64,000 nt of DNA from positions 1,358,872 to 1,422,871 of the forward strand of contig NMRA01000037.1 in assembly GCA_002633005.1 (NCBI GenBank). Reading direction: 5' to 3'. Each line of letters starts with the position of its first letter. Within the stretch, counting starts at the first letter, position 1. The notes beneath the pieces were generated by a model. The model did no database searches, was not told where the DNA came from, and was given only the letters and a program-made list of their open reading frames with translations. Made by a program: the position numbers and the translations under genes. This document shows positions 34,645 to 45,699 of this stretch, in pieces. The stretch is from Phoronis australis (lineage: Eukaryota; Animalia; Phoronida).

Positions 34645-36789
34645 ATGGCTACCAAACACTTAGAAGACATCAAAGAAGGCTTATCATGCTCCATTTGTTT
34701 TGCCCTGTTCGACAGACCGAAGGCACTGCCGTGTTTGCACACATTTTGCGAGAAGTGCATCAGTGATCATGTAGCCAAGACGAAAAAAAACGAATCCTTT
34801 CGATGTCCTCTCTGCAACCAAACCACTTCACTTCCGGCTAATGGGGTTTCAGGCCTCAAAGACAACTTCTTCATCAATGGCCTGATTGATTGTATTCCTA
34901 CAGAGGATAATGTGATGTGTGACCTTTGTGCTATAATGTCTCGTGAAAGTTTGGCTACTTTCAAATGTATTCAGTGCTTGGACAATCTGTGCTCTACGTG
35001 TGCTGCAGGACACACTAAGACGAGGCAAACCATAAGTCATAAAGTTGTGAAGCTGGAGGAAATAAAAGCGGGAAAATACTTAGAAGAGATGCGCTCTTGT
35101 CGAAAGAAAATGTGCAAAGTTCATACGACCAAGGAGTTGGAAATGTTCTGTGAACATTGTGGCGTACCCATATGTGTTTTGTGCAAGGCGTTTGAGCACG
35201 ACACTCACAAGGTCACTAATCCAGAGTCCGCAGTTCTCCGTTTCGATGACGATATTCGTAAATTGCTTGAGGACGTCTTGCCAATTTCAGAGTTCTTCGA
35301 GTCCTGCGCAGCCAAGTTAAAGGAACAAAGTTCGATGATAGAAAGTGAAACGAAAAGAGCTACCCAGTCAATCAAAGAACATTTTCAGCAGGTTCGACAG
35401 TCGATAAACACAGAGGAAGATGGACTTCTGAGTGAGGTTGAGAACAAATGCAAAACGCTGTCCAATGAAACCAGCGAAAAACTTGCAGGCGTCGAGCAAA
35501 ACAGTAACAAATTGAAGACGTCTATTGCTTACTCCCAGTACTTACAAGAGTCTGGAGATACCATCGAGAAATTACAACAATACAAAGACCTTTTGAAGCA
35601 ACTGGGTCGCTTCAGGGGACAGAATTTTACATGTATCTTCTATGAAAAGCCCATGTATACCATCGACCATGACATAGTTCCGGATAATTTTAAGTGCATG
35701 AGACTGCAGTTTTCGGTCAAGACAACGAAACTGGAACTACCAACAACGGGTCCCGCAAAAAAAGAACCCTCTCCTGAAACAAGACCTACCAAAGTAAAAA
35801 ACAACGCATGGTTTAGTGGAGAACCTTCAAAACTCTTTAAAACGAACAGTGAGTTACACCTGAACTCGATGCCAAATAGCTCAACACGACCGAGCACATC
35901 TCTGACTAGTACGTTGTCAAGTGAGCAACAATGGAAGAGCTGTTCTGATCTCTCAAAGAAAGCTGTTGGCCATACATTCACCATATTACAAAAGGCTAAA
36001 TCTTTGACCTCTTTTGACACGAAATTGGTGGGTGAGACTGGCCAAACGTGTTGTGATCTTCAGTTTAACCGTCTCGGCGATTCGTACTTGATAATTGACA
36101 GAGACAATGCCAAAATGAAAGAATTTGACGAGAACGGCCGGTTTCAACGATCTATTGACAGCTTGAGTTACCCTATGGGTATAACGTGCACCAAAAAAGG
36201 TCGCATTATGATCACCGATGACTTCCCAGGTATTGCGGTTTACAATAGTAGCTTAACGAGAGAGTGGATAATTGAGAATGAACAGTTTTTCTTCAGAGGT
36301 ATTGATTGCAATGACCAGAGAATCGTCACAGCCGGGGGATCTAAGCTTGTCCTCATGGACATGTGGGGAGCTACAAAGAAAATTTCAAGCAACAAATCTC
36401 TCGGTTTGAAGTCATTCAGGCCATTTTATGTTGCCCTTGCACCAAATGGCAACATTATTTGCACTGACGCTACAGAGAAAACGTTGTATGTCTTAGATCG
36501 AAATGGTACCTCTGTCCTTCACTCATTCCAACAAGAACGTGACATGTCACTTCAGTATCCCGTTGGAGTTGCTTGCGACGAATGGGGTCATATCCTTGTT
36601 CTCGATTGCCCTAATTCCGGTCCTGGTCGTCTGCACATCTTGTCACCTTCTTGCGAGCATCTCGGCCTTTTACTTGCCAGAAGAGACAACCTTGTTTGCC
36701 CCAGAGGTATCACGATCAGTAAGCCGGGTCAATTGGCGTTAGTGGAGTTCAGAGGACGTGTGAAGGTTTATCAGTACTTATATTTGTGA
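34645..36789 (+). CDS. TRIM-NHL E3 ubiquitin ligase, copy 1 (TRIM56/TRIM2/3/71-like architecture without filamin), 714 aa, single coding exon
   Basis: C3HC4 RING (CSIC...PCLHTFCEKC...CPLC), B-box 1 (CDLC...CIQC...LCSTC...H...H), B-box 2 (CKVH...FCEHC...ICVLC...H..H), coiled coil, S/T/P linker and NHL-like blades (YPMGIT, RPFYVA, YPVGVA, CPRGIT). GCCATGG Kozak context just after a CTGCAG acceptor at 34636. Confidence 0.95.
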   Translation: MATKHLEDIKEGLSCSICFALFDRPKALPCLHTFCEKCISDHVAKTKKNESFRCPLCNQTTSLPANGVSGLKDNFFINGLIDCIPTEDNVMCDLCAIMSRESLATFKCIQCLDNLCSTCAAGHTKTRQTISHKVVKLEEIKAGKYLEEMRSCRKKMCKVHTTKELEMFCEHCGVPICVLCKAFEHDTHKVTNPESAVLRFDDDIRKLLEDVLPISEFFESCAAKLKEQSSMIESETKRATQSIKEHFQQVRQSINTEEDGLLSEVENKCKTLSNETSEKLAGVEQNSNKLKTSIAYSQYLQESGDTIEKLQQYKDLLKQLGRFRGQNFTCIFYEKPMYTIDHDIVPDNFKCMRLQFSVKTTKLELPTTGPAKKEPSPETRPTKVKNNAWFSGEPSKLFKTNSELHLNSMPNSSTRPSTSLTSTLSSEQQWKSCSDLSKKAVGHTFTILQKAKSLTSFDTKLVGETGQTCCDLQFNRLGDSYLIIDRDNAKMKEFDENGRFQRSIDSLSYPMGITCTKKGRIMITDDFPGIAVYNSSLTREWIIENEQFFFRGIDCNDQRIVTAGGSKLVLMDMWGATKKISSNKSLGLKSFRPFYVALAPNGNIICTDATEKTLYVLDRNGTSVLHSFQQERDMSLQYPVGVACDEWGHILVLDCPNSGPGRLHILSPSCEHLGLLLARRDNLVCPRGITISKPGQLALVEFRGRVKVYQYLYL

Positions 36790-37116
36790 AGACATTTTTG
36801 AACTACATTAGTTTTCTAAATGTCCAATGCTTGGTCATTTACGTTGAAAACTACGTGTCGCGTCTTTTTTGCATTTAACAGCTGATTTTTGTCGTGTTAA
36901 AAGTCACTACTTGATGCCTGCCGGGCTTGTCCCCAACGCACATGCATCGATGGTCACGGAGTTGGAAACCGATTGGGTCAATTGGTTGAGCTGATTATAG
37001 CAGGTGTCGCAATCATTTGCACTGTATATTTACAAAGTAATTAAACGACTACTGATAATTCCATTTTGGCTGCGACGCACTACCGTAACTCTGTCATGAT
37101 GTGGTGTACATTGTAC

Positions 37117-37270
37117 GTGTTTGTACCAGTGGTTATTTTATCGAGATTCGTGATAGGCAAAAGTATTTGAAAAAGGGAAAAGCTTGGGTTCAAATACTTC
37201 TGCATATCACGAAACGAGATATAATATAACAGACTGGTACAAACACGGACGTTGTATAACATATTTATCC
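37117..37270. mobile_element. Small inverted-repeat MITE remnant downstream of copy 1
   Basis: GTGTTTGTACCAGT (~37117) / ACTGGTACAAACAC (~37233), followed by ATATTTATCC as in the element at 41685. Confidence 0.4.
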
Positions 37271-38029
37271 TTTTATACGCTCCGCTGGCGATTCTTTAGA
37301 GAAGCGGGTTTACACAGATTGCTCCTCTTGTTTTCTTGTCGTTAGTCATCTTTTTTAATGATCGCAGATCGCGTGACACGTATCCGTCCACGCAATATTT
37401 TTCTAAATGATTTTTTTAGCCTGCATGCTGTATTTTACAGCAGCTACAGGCTTGGGGTGCATATCTGCTATTTTCAGTATTTTCGTCAGTGTTTGAGCTG
37501 AAATCTATTTCTAAGTTAAAATTTGCATACATTTCTGACGTTTTTCTTGACTTCCTTGAGTAATATCTGTGCAGGACACCCAGAGGTTGTGACTGATGCA
37601 CTTTCGGACGCTTCTTAAAAATGCTCCTTGCGCGCGTTTCTTATCATTTTTAAGTACAAAATATTCAGAAATTCATCGAATTTACAACAATACAATGTTT
37701 ACAGTATTTGCAGTTTTGCTTTTGGGCTCCACGTAATTTGATTGTTTTGAGAACAAATTTGAAAACTGGCTCATATTTGACCGTAGAGAACCTCATCTGG
37801 TGTAGTGCAATAGGTGACAAAAAGAGTCGTGCATTGGTAATGTATATTGCTTTCTTAATCGCAAACATACTGTGGCAAGTTCGAGACTTTTTGTGATTTA
37901 AGTGTTCTGTTCAGGTGCAACATTTCAGGGCTTGTTAATATAAATTATCAACAACATTTTTATTTCACTTTTTGTTTAGTTTTGAAAACGCATGTCACAG
38001 TATTGGCACGGAGCTGAACCCAAAGTGAT

Positions 38030-38285
38030 GCTATATATATGCAATCATGTTTCTACTGATTGTAGTGTATTGTGTGCACTGAAGGGAATTTTGGCGAGAA
38101 AGAAGGCATCCGTATACAACGCGCGTTGAAAAGGGAAAAGTGGTTCTTCCATATCAAGCCTCACAATACGACCCGTTTTCATTACATTTTGACGGGAATT
38201 GAGGCCGGTTTCGAACCCGGTCCGCAAGAGTTTCGAGTCGTCGACTTTACCACACAGGCGCTCGGATTTCCAGATCACTCATAAC
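38030..38285 (-). mobile_element. tRNA-derived SINE
   Basis: Minus strand has a Pol III B box GGTTCGAAACC (38217-38207), an A-box-like GAGCGCCTGTGTGG about 45 nt upstream, and an (AT)n tail near 38035. It does not form a complete cloverleaf. Confidence 0.55.
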
Positions 38286-39067
38286 CATGTAGTAGTGAGT
38301 GACGTCATTTGCCATCGAAGAACAGATAAATAGACCGGGATCCCAGAGCTTTTTTGGGCATGAAAAGGTAACCAATTTTCTTTGGTGCCACAGTGCTCTG
38401 TGGGTATCCTGATGCTTGGAAATGGCCGTCTGGCAGGTTCGCTCTGGTGGGTGTGGTCAGGGGAGCCAAGAGAATTACACTAAAAAATTGAGCTAGATCA
38501 ACTTTTCTGGTAACCACTTAAAACTGCCTTCGATACCTGCTACGTCATCCATTGTATCAACGAGAGAACTCCCAAAATGTAGTGCGGTGTGAATGCCTTA
38601 AACTCGGCCAAGAAACAAAACAGCAGAAAAATTGAGATTTGTTATTCTGCTATTTTTGGTTTAATTGCAACTATAGTACGGTAGAAGTGTAGGCATTTTC
38701 AATTTTTGAATTGAAAGAGATCGTCAAATATGCAAATATGTTGTTCAACCAGTGTCCACTTTGATTGTTGATTGATGGATTGACATGCATGCGTGTACAC
38801 GTTTGAACGTTTCTGTTCTTTTAAATTCAGTACATGCTGACAGCCAAGTTCAATATAGGCAGTCCTCCGTCGTGCTAAAAGCCAGACCTTCAACTACTGT
38901 ATTTTCTTGCACTGAGAATACACCGTTGAGCATTTTCACGTTGTGATGGAAAGGTAGGCATAGACCTCGACTTTGGTCAATGAAAATCTTCTTTAGTCAA
39001 TCAATGTCAATGGTGCACAACACTGCAGACTTCATACGAGCCACAAACTAGATGGAAAAGATTTCCA

Positions 39068-40226
39068 GGGTTCTATGTCACTATGACGAAGGTTCAATAC
39101 TCCGAAGGTCCAGTAATCAAAATGCCCATTACTCCGATGTTCGTTATCTTCTAAAGATCACTACTTTGAATTTCCACTATTCCAAACCCTTGGCCCGGTC
39201 TCTAATCTTTGTACTCGAAACGAACTGGAAATTATTTTTGACAAATTCTCTGCTCCTTTTGTGCGAACTCAAGATAAGTGGTTATCAGATTGTGCTCGAA
39301 TAATTATAGTTCATGTATATGAGTTTCTAGTCCGCCAAGTTTGCACTTAAAAACCCTTATATGCGTGCTACAAACTCGAGTAAAAACTCGAAATTTCGAG
39401 TTTAAACTCAAACTTTTGGCTTTAATGTTGGATTTGTCAACTGCAAACTAGGACTAATCAATCATCCACGTAAGTCATTATGTATTCGAGCATTGAGTAA
39501 TGGATACTTATCTTAAGTTCGCACAAAAATAGAATAAAAAATGCCAAACATTATTTCGAGTTCCATTTCGAGTAAAAAGATTCGAGACTGGGCCCAGAAT
39601 TCCGACAGTTCACTACTTTGGTTGTGTGATCACGACTCATTCTCAAGGAGAGACAATATCTGGGGCACGGCTGCGGCGACCAACGGCGGTTTCAAAATTA
39701 AGAAGACTAAATGTGACTCCCTGACTTCGTGATGACTGGCAGGGACAGGGTGGCCTTGTAACTTCATTTAGTTTCGACCCGGCCGTGTGTGTCGCGCTGC
39801 CATTCGATCTTGACATGGATTTGATGAATTGTGTCATGGCTGATAATTCATAAGTATTCCTACTTCATATCATTTTAAAATGCAAGTGCGTACTCATTTT
39901 AAGATATGCGGACATTTTCGCATGCGCATGAAATCTGACTACCGTTTCTGATTGTGCTGGCCAGCTGGAGACTGTGGTCACTGTCTACATACATGTAAAA
40001 CCCAAAGTGTTTTAGTGCCCGGGCGTTGTTTTCGGTATAGGTGCATCTAATAGCCGAAATATCGTTTATTTTAGCATGTAAAAGTTTAAAAATCACATCT
40101 GAGTCTGAAAGTTTAGAGATGTGTGGAGCGGTGAATCTTCGAGTGGTGAATCGTTGAAGTAGTGAACCTTCGGAATAGTCCGTGAACCTTCCGAGTAGTA
40201 AACTTTCGAAATAGTGGGATGTCCCC
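39068..40226. mobile_element. DNA transposon remnant with inverted arrays of ~15-bp subterminal repeats, interrupted by the Harbinger-like MITE at 39191-39595
   Basis: CCGAAGGTTCA.TA.T-type repeats at 39075-39185 and inverse AGTGAACCTTCGG repeats at 40125-40215. Flanks read ATTTCCA / ATTTCCG. Confidence 0.55.
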
Positions 40227-40789
40227 ATTTCCGCTAAAATACAACCAGATATACAATTTTGTTAAATCATTCGCCAACTAGACTTCATATTTCCGTTTGA
40301 CTATGCAATGAGGTGTAATTTAAGCATGGCGGATTTGAAACTTCGGCAGAAAATAACGCGCGAATGTTCTCTTTTTGGACCACAATACATCCTAATTTGT
40401 GTCCCGTTCTTTGCGAGCAACCGTCACAGCATCCTCGTATCTGGTATTACAAATTCCGTCTCATCTCATGAACATGAGTCGTCATCATGTATACAGATTT
40501 CCCTTCCCACTAATTAAGCTGCGTCAAAGGCATCACCGAAAACTCTACAGTGTCGACGTTTGCAAAATACCAAGATCCACCGTTCTTGAAATTCGAACCA
40601 CCCCCGCTCAATGCTGGCTACGGGCCTGAATAGGATACATGTACATGTATATGCATTTGAGTACAGAGATAGGGGCGACTAAAAAGTCGCCCCTACATCG
40701 ACCAAACCTCTGCACGCTATTGCCCCAACCGCTAAAAATGTCTGTAAAGTATCTTTTGTTGCATGCAGAATGCTCGACATTATGCAAAT

Positions 40790-41400
40790 GGTTTCAAGCG
40801 GTTACCTGGCGGGTTGATCTAGCTCAACTCGGGTACTTGGGCGTGTCTGGCGAGGATAACCCACCACTATATTTGTCTGGTAGTGTTTAGTCGTGATACC
40901 TGGGCTTACGGTGAATATTTTGGAACTGGTTTTAGGCGGTTACCTCTTGGGTTGATCTAGCTCAATTTTTAACCCTTTTTGATAATCGTCTGACAGGGGC
41001 ACCTCACCACTGACATTGTCTGGCATCTAACTGTTGTGCCATGTTCAGTGATGCTGAACATCGTGCAATTGGTTTCAGACGGTTACCTGATTGGTTGATC
41101 TAGCTCAATTCTGGTATTTCGGCGTGTCTGGCGGGGGTAACCCGCCACTAAATTTGTGTGGCAGTGTTCATTCGTGATACCTGGGCTTACGGTGAATATT
41201 TTGCGACTGGTTTTAAGCGGTTACCTCTTGGATTGATCTTGCTCAATTTTTGTACCCTATGTTCGTCTGGCAGGTACTCCCCACCACTGAAATTGTCTGG
41301 CAGTGACCAATTTTGATACAATGGATGACGCAGCAGGTATTGAAGGCAGTTTTAAGTGGTTACCAGAAAAGTTGATCTAGCTCAATTTTTGAGTGTAATT
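40790..41400. repeat. Tandem array of ~140-bp units with an AB higher-order pattern
   Basis: GTTGATCTAGCTCAA at 40813, 40951, 41094, 41232 (variant) and 41371. Units 1/3 and 2/4 are most alike. Confidence 0.85.
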
Positions 41401-41684
41401 TTCTTGGCTCCCCTGACCACACCCACCAGAGCTAACCTGCCAGACGGTCATTAGCAAGCATCAGGATACCCGCAGAGCACTGTGGCACCAAAGAAAATTG
41501 GTTACCTTTTCATTTTGTTTAAATTTTCAATGGGCTTTGAGTAAAAGCTTTATTTGACAAAAATAGCTTACTAGCTTTTCTAAAAGGTCATGACCTCCGA
41601 CCCCGGGCCCAGTTACAAAGCCGAGGCGAGTCGAGAAAGGTAGATCGATTCATTGCAATGATTGTCGTTCAGTATGTGGTTTGA

Positions 41685-41823
41685 ATAGATTATTACATGT
41701 TCTCAGTCGTTATCCCCCCTATCTAGAGCCTCCGTGGATTTTGGAGAGTTATTGCACACGGGGCTGACACCCCTCAGGCCCTAGAATACGGGGGATAACG
41801 ACTGAGAACATGTAATAATCTAT
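41685..41823. mobile_element. 139-bp MITE with perfect 34-bp terminal inverted repeats
   Basis: ATAGATTATTACATGTTCTCAGTCGTTATCCCCC ... GGGGGATAACGACTGAGAACATGTAATAATCTAT. Confidence 0.85.
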
Positions 41824-42671
41824 ATTTATCCCGTGTGTGTGTGAACACGGCCATGGAATACACCATTGAATGTAAGAAAGTAGAGTCAGTCCGTATTCAG
41901 TGGTAGATGCCGCATTTCACGGTTGGTGTACAGTCTCCTGGTGATGTAAATTCACCGAGTGTACGACGGCAAATTTGATTCTGTTTGTTCATATGGATTA
42001 CCTAAAACATTTATCCAAGGGGTCGCTCTTGTAAAAACAGATTTACTGGTGTACAAACTAGAAACGTTCAGCAACGATTTGCCGATGAATATTTTGACGC
42101 ACTGTGACCTGCAGCTATTTTAGGCTTTGCTAGTTTTAGGTCATCATAATTTGGTAAATTGCCTGCGTGGTAAGGCAAAATCTTATTCAAATCAAACGAA
42201 AGCTTTTTGGTAAATATACTTTGAGAATTAAGATATTTACAGAAAACTGCAGCCCAATAATCGAGTATATATATTTTAGTGACACAACCGTCTTATCACA
42301 GCATTCGTCGATCGACTATCTCATCTGTGGCTGTTGTCTACTTTTCGCAATGGCAATATTCGGCATCGAATTTGATTAGTCTCGCATTGTTATGGGTTTT
42401 TTAGTCTATAAAAGGAATGCTAACGCCGCCAAAAAACCAAGAGTGATATGGCCACAGGTGGATTTAAGGAGGGGGGCCTGCCCCCCACCCTTGGCTGCCG
42501 CGAGCAAAATGAAACAGTAACAGCGTGAAGCGATGTGAGGAAATATTGAGCTCACTAACGAGGACCGATAGCGGATAAGGGGGAGGGCTCAGACCCCAGA
42601 TCGCTGCGGAATCGTGTTTCCGTTTTTTTTTTCTATTTTATTTTAGTTCAGCGATAGATCGGCCACTGGAT

Positions 42672-43260
42672 ATGGCAACATTCCATGAATGACAAGAAGC
42701 AAAGAACTGAATTGGAGGCATTGAAGAAAAACACTTTGATTCGCTCCTGCGACGTTTCTTCCTGGAAGTACGCAAATTTGATTGCAGCAAATACGAGCCA
42801 GACACATTGACATGCATACACAAATCACTCGACCAACATTGAAGAGAAAAGAAATACACTATAATTTCTACGGTAATAGGCAATTTGACTCACCCCACGA
42901 GGCCTTCAAAGCCAAGCGTAAGCAATTGAAAGACCTCGGCAGAAAAGCTAACCGACAAGGAGGCAAATATTCTAAAAGAGAAAGAGTTCATGAGAACTGA
43001 TCATCCTCGAGCCCTCCTAAATCAAATCTCGTTAACTGAACAAAACTAAGACGTTCCGGTTTCATGGTTGCGATGAAAACAGGAAGTCGAGTTGGGGCGA
43101 CATCATGCCTAAATCGTCTACAGACACCGGCTAATACCTGGAATTCAACGAAAGAGCAACAAAACAGGAAAAGATGGAACGGAAGTTAGACCATTCAATG
43201 CCACGGTTTTGGCCACAGAAGTACAGGCAAAACAAGCCTACGAAAATGATTGCACACGAC
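42672..43260 (+). pseudogene. Crypton-type tyrosine recombinase (DUF3504 / ZMYM-QRICH1-KCTD1-related) relic
   Basis: Manual translation across stops and frameshifts gives HFDSLLRRFFLEVRKFDCSKYEPDTLTCIHKSLDQH, then EAFKAKRKQLKDLG, then FHGCDENRKSSWGDI...G*YLEFNERATK...RPFNATVLAT. These are the ordered motifs of animal Crypton recombinases. Confidence 0.75.
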
Positions 43261-45699
43261 ACACCACTTTATATTTATCACACTGGTTCGCAACTGAGTG
43301 TGTGCTTTGCTGGTTTACCGTCAAGGGACATCCCGGTTATGTCAAAGTACAGCAAATTATACTGCGGGGCAGCACTGAAAAGGTTGGGCTGACAGCCCCA
43401 GCCCCCTGTGGTGCACCGCCCGTAGACCATGGTCGGTGCGGCATTGAAAAAAGTGGGGCTATAGACCCCCTGGATGTAAAGGTATTTATGATGCTTTGAA
43501 TAAGAATTGTCTGTGGCCTGCTGCTCAGAAGTTTAAAAAGGATACAGTTTTGACCCGTGTATGTGAAGGAAGTTGTACAAAATTTTTAAAATAGTTAAGA
43601 AAAACACTATGGTGGAACGGTGAAATTTGACGCAAGTTGAAATTCTGAGTCTAACAACGCAGTGAGCTTTTGAAATTTTGTTGTAACGAATATATCGTAT
43701 TTACAAGTGGAAAAAATAATTCTTTTGTCAGATATCCAATAAACTATTTTGAGTCGCGCACATATTTTGACTGGCAGTTCGCGCAAGGGAAACAAAGTTG
43801 TGGATTCCCAGTCACCACCAGTTTTTTGTTTTGTGTCGCCATGAAGAAAAGGCCCTCTAGAAGATGAAGAAATGTCCCCTCCCCATAAAAATGGACCAAA
43901 AACAACGAAAAACAGGCCTTTAGTGGCCAATGTAGTCGTACAGCGAAACCTGCCCTCGCCACAAATTCTCACAGCCACCACCGCAGACACCACCAAGTGT
44001 TGTCCTCCCATTGCACCACCTAGTGTGGCCGAATGTCAGTCCCGGCATTAGCCTGTTTTCCGGAGGATCAGTGAGAATCCTGTTAGACCAAAGATTTTGC
44101 AGTTACCTAAAATGTCCGACTTATGACCTAAATACGTCACAGCGTTACAAGTAGCGCCACCTTTTGAGAGGAGCTCAAATACAGCATAATAACAGGGATG
44201 ACTTTAATGCCAGTGTGTCCTCTGGTGCTTACAAAACACTTTGTTTCGCTTGCCTAAAGATAAGGAGGGGTAAGTGTATATTCATTATATATTCCATCAC
44301 ATTACTACTGGCAAGTGCTGATCGGAGAACAGGAGTCAGTACTGCAGCAGAATAATAATAGTTGCAGGCCTACATATAGGGATAGTAGTTGACAATACTG
44401 AGGCCCACAGCCGATGGTCGTATCGGAGACTCATTCGGTAGTGGCTGCATATCTTCTTCCAGGAATGTTCTAACAAAATTGAAGTGGAGTTGTATCAGCT
44501 GTGTTTGGTTAAAGAAGACTAGTTTGTGTGTAGTCTACAGTTCAGGTTACTGGATCAGACCCATTGTCCTGATCAGCTGGCCTTGTTTACTGTGTGAAAA
44601 CTGGGGTGAAATAGCACTTACATGGCCAGGTTTAGTGGAGAATGTTTGCAAGCTTGCACAATCTAATGATGTTTTTTGTGGCGTGTATGCTATTTCTCAG
44701 TATATGGTTCAATTTTAGTTGTTCGAGTTGGGTGCAGAGTATGCATAGATCTGACCTTGCAGGGAAATTCTTAGAAGAGCTACATAACCTCCGATTTTGT
44801 AGTCGCCATATCCAAGAGGAACGTAAATTCACTTATCAAATAAAATAAGAAACTGTTGTTTTAGTGTAAACAGTCTGATTTTATGTGTTAGTATCAACTT
44901 CCCAGGCACTACTCTGCATTATCACAGGATACGCGTGCCTCATGCTATCTTGCTGAAGAATATGTACCCTAAACAGGGATTAATGAGTCAACTTCTTTCT
45001 CAGAACTGTAAACAAACCTTATTGTTTGATGCCGCTTGTTTGCCATGTCCGCATACAGGGGGCTCTGGAGCTCGATCGAGCAACCCCTATTTGGCGTAGT
45101 GGGCAGAAAGGTTTGCCCCAGATAAACAAAAACTCCGAAAAAAGTAGAAAATAAGACAAAAGCCCACTTTCACCAATCTTTTCTGTGTTATGGGTACACA
45201 TTCTCAAAAATTCGAGACCCCCATTTTAGGATGGGTGCGCTTGCATGTACTTGTTAAACTCCACAACCTATCAGAATGTGTATGTGTTTCATACTAACTA
45301 CTTGTGGAAAGTGGTCTCATTTTTGTCTGGCAACTTTAACGGAATTCACTCACCTGATATGTGCCCATGCCACTATCTAAGTCCAGTAGACATAGTTGAG
45401 ATCTCCAAATGAGTACAGGTGTTGACATAGCCTTTGGCCTACAATATTTCTGTCGTCTGGCTTGACCGAGTGGTGGTAATTTAAACAATTAAAAAGGTGT
45501 CTAAGTTTCCGGATTTCGTGTTTGAAAAATTGAAATGTTGTGCGTTTTTTGTGGTCGTCTGCAATTCTGGTAGTCTATCGAGTTCCAAAGTTAGGGAGCT
45601 AAAAATTTAAAACTGTGCAGGCCATATTTTGACTTTTGTAGTGTTGACATTGTCATTGCAATTGGAATGCGAAGACTAATTTAAAATGCATTCCAAAAT

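Larger units (their letters stand above)
38360..41513. mobile_element. ~200-bp inverted repeats bounding a 3.15-kb nested transposon stack
   Basis: 38360-38560 is a near-perfect reverse complement of 41313-41513 (ATGAAAAGGTAACC ... GGTTACCTTTTCAT). Confidence 0.7.

Noticed and set aside
38200-38275. Possible tRNA gene
   Set aside because: It has a B box but no convincing acceptor stem or cloverleaf, so it is called as a SINE head.
38389-38425. CACAGTG heptamer (also inverted at ~41478) suggesting an RSS or a Transib/RAG-like terminus
   Set aside because: There is no nonamer at 12- or 23-bp spacing, the heptamer is internal to the inverted arm, and no RAG/Transib ORF is present.
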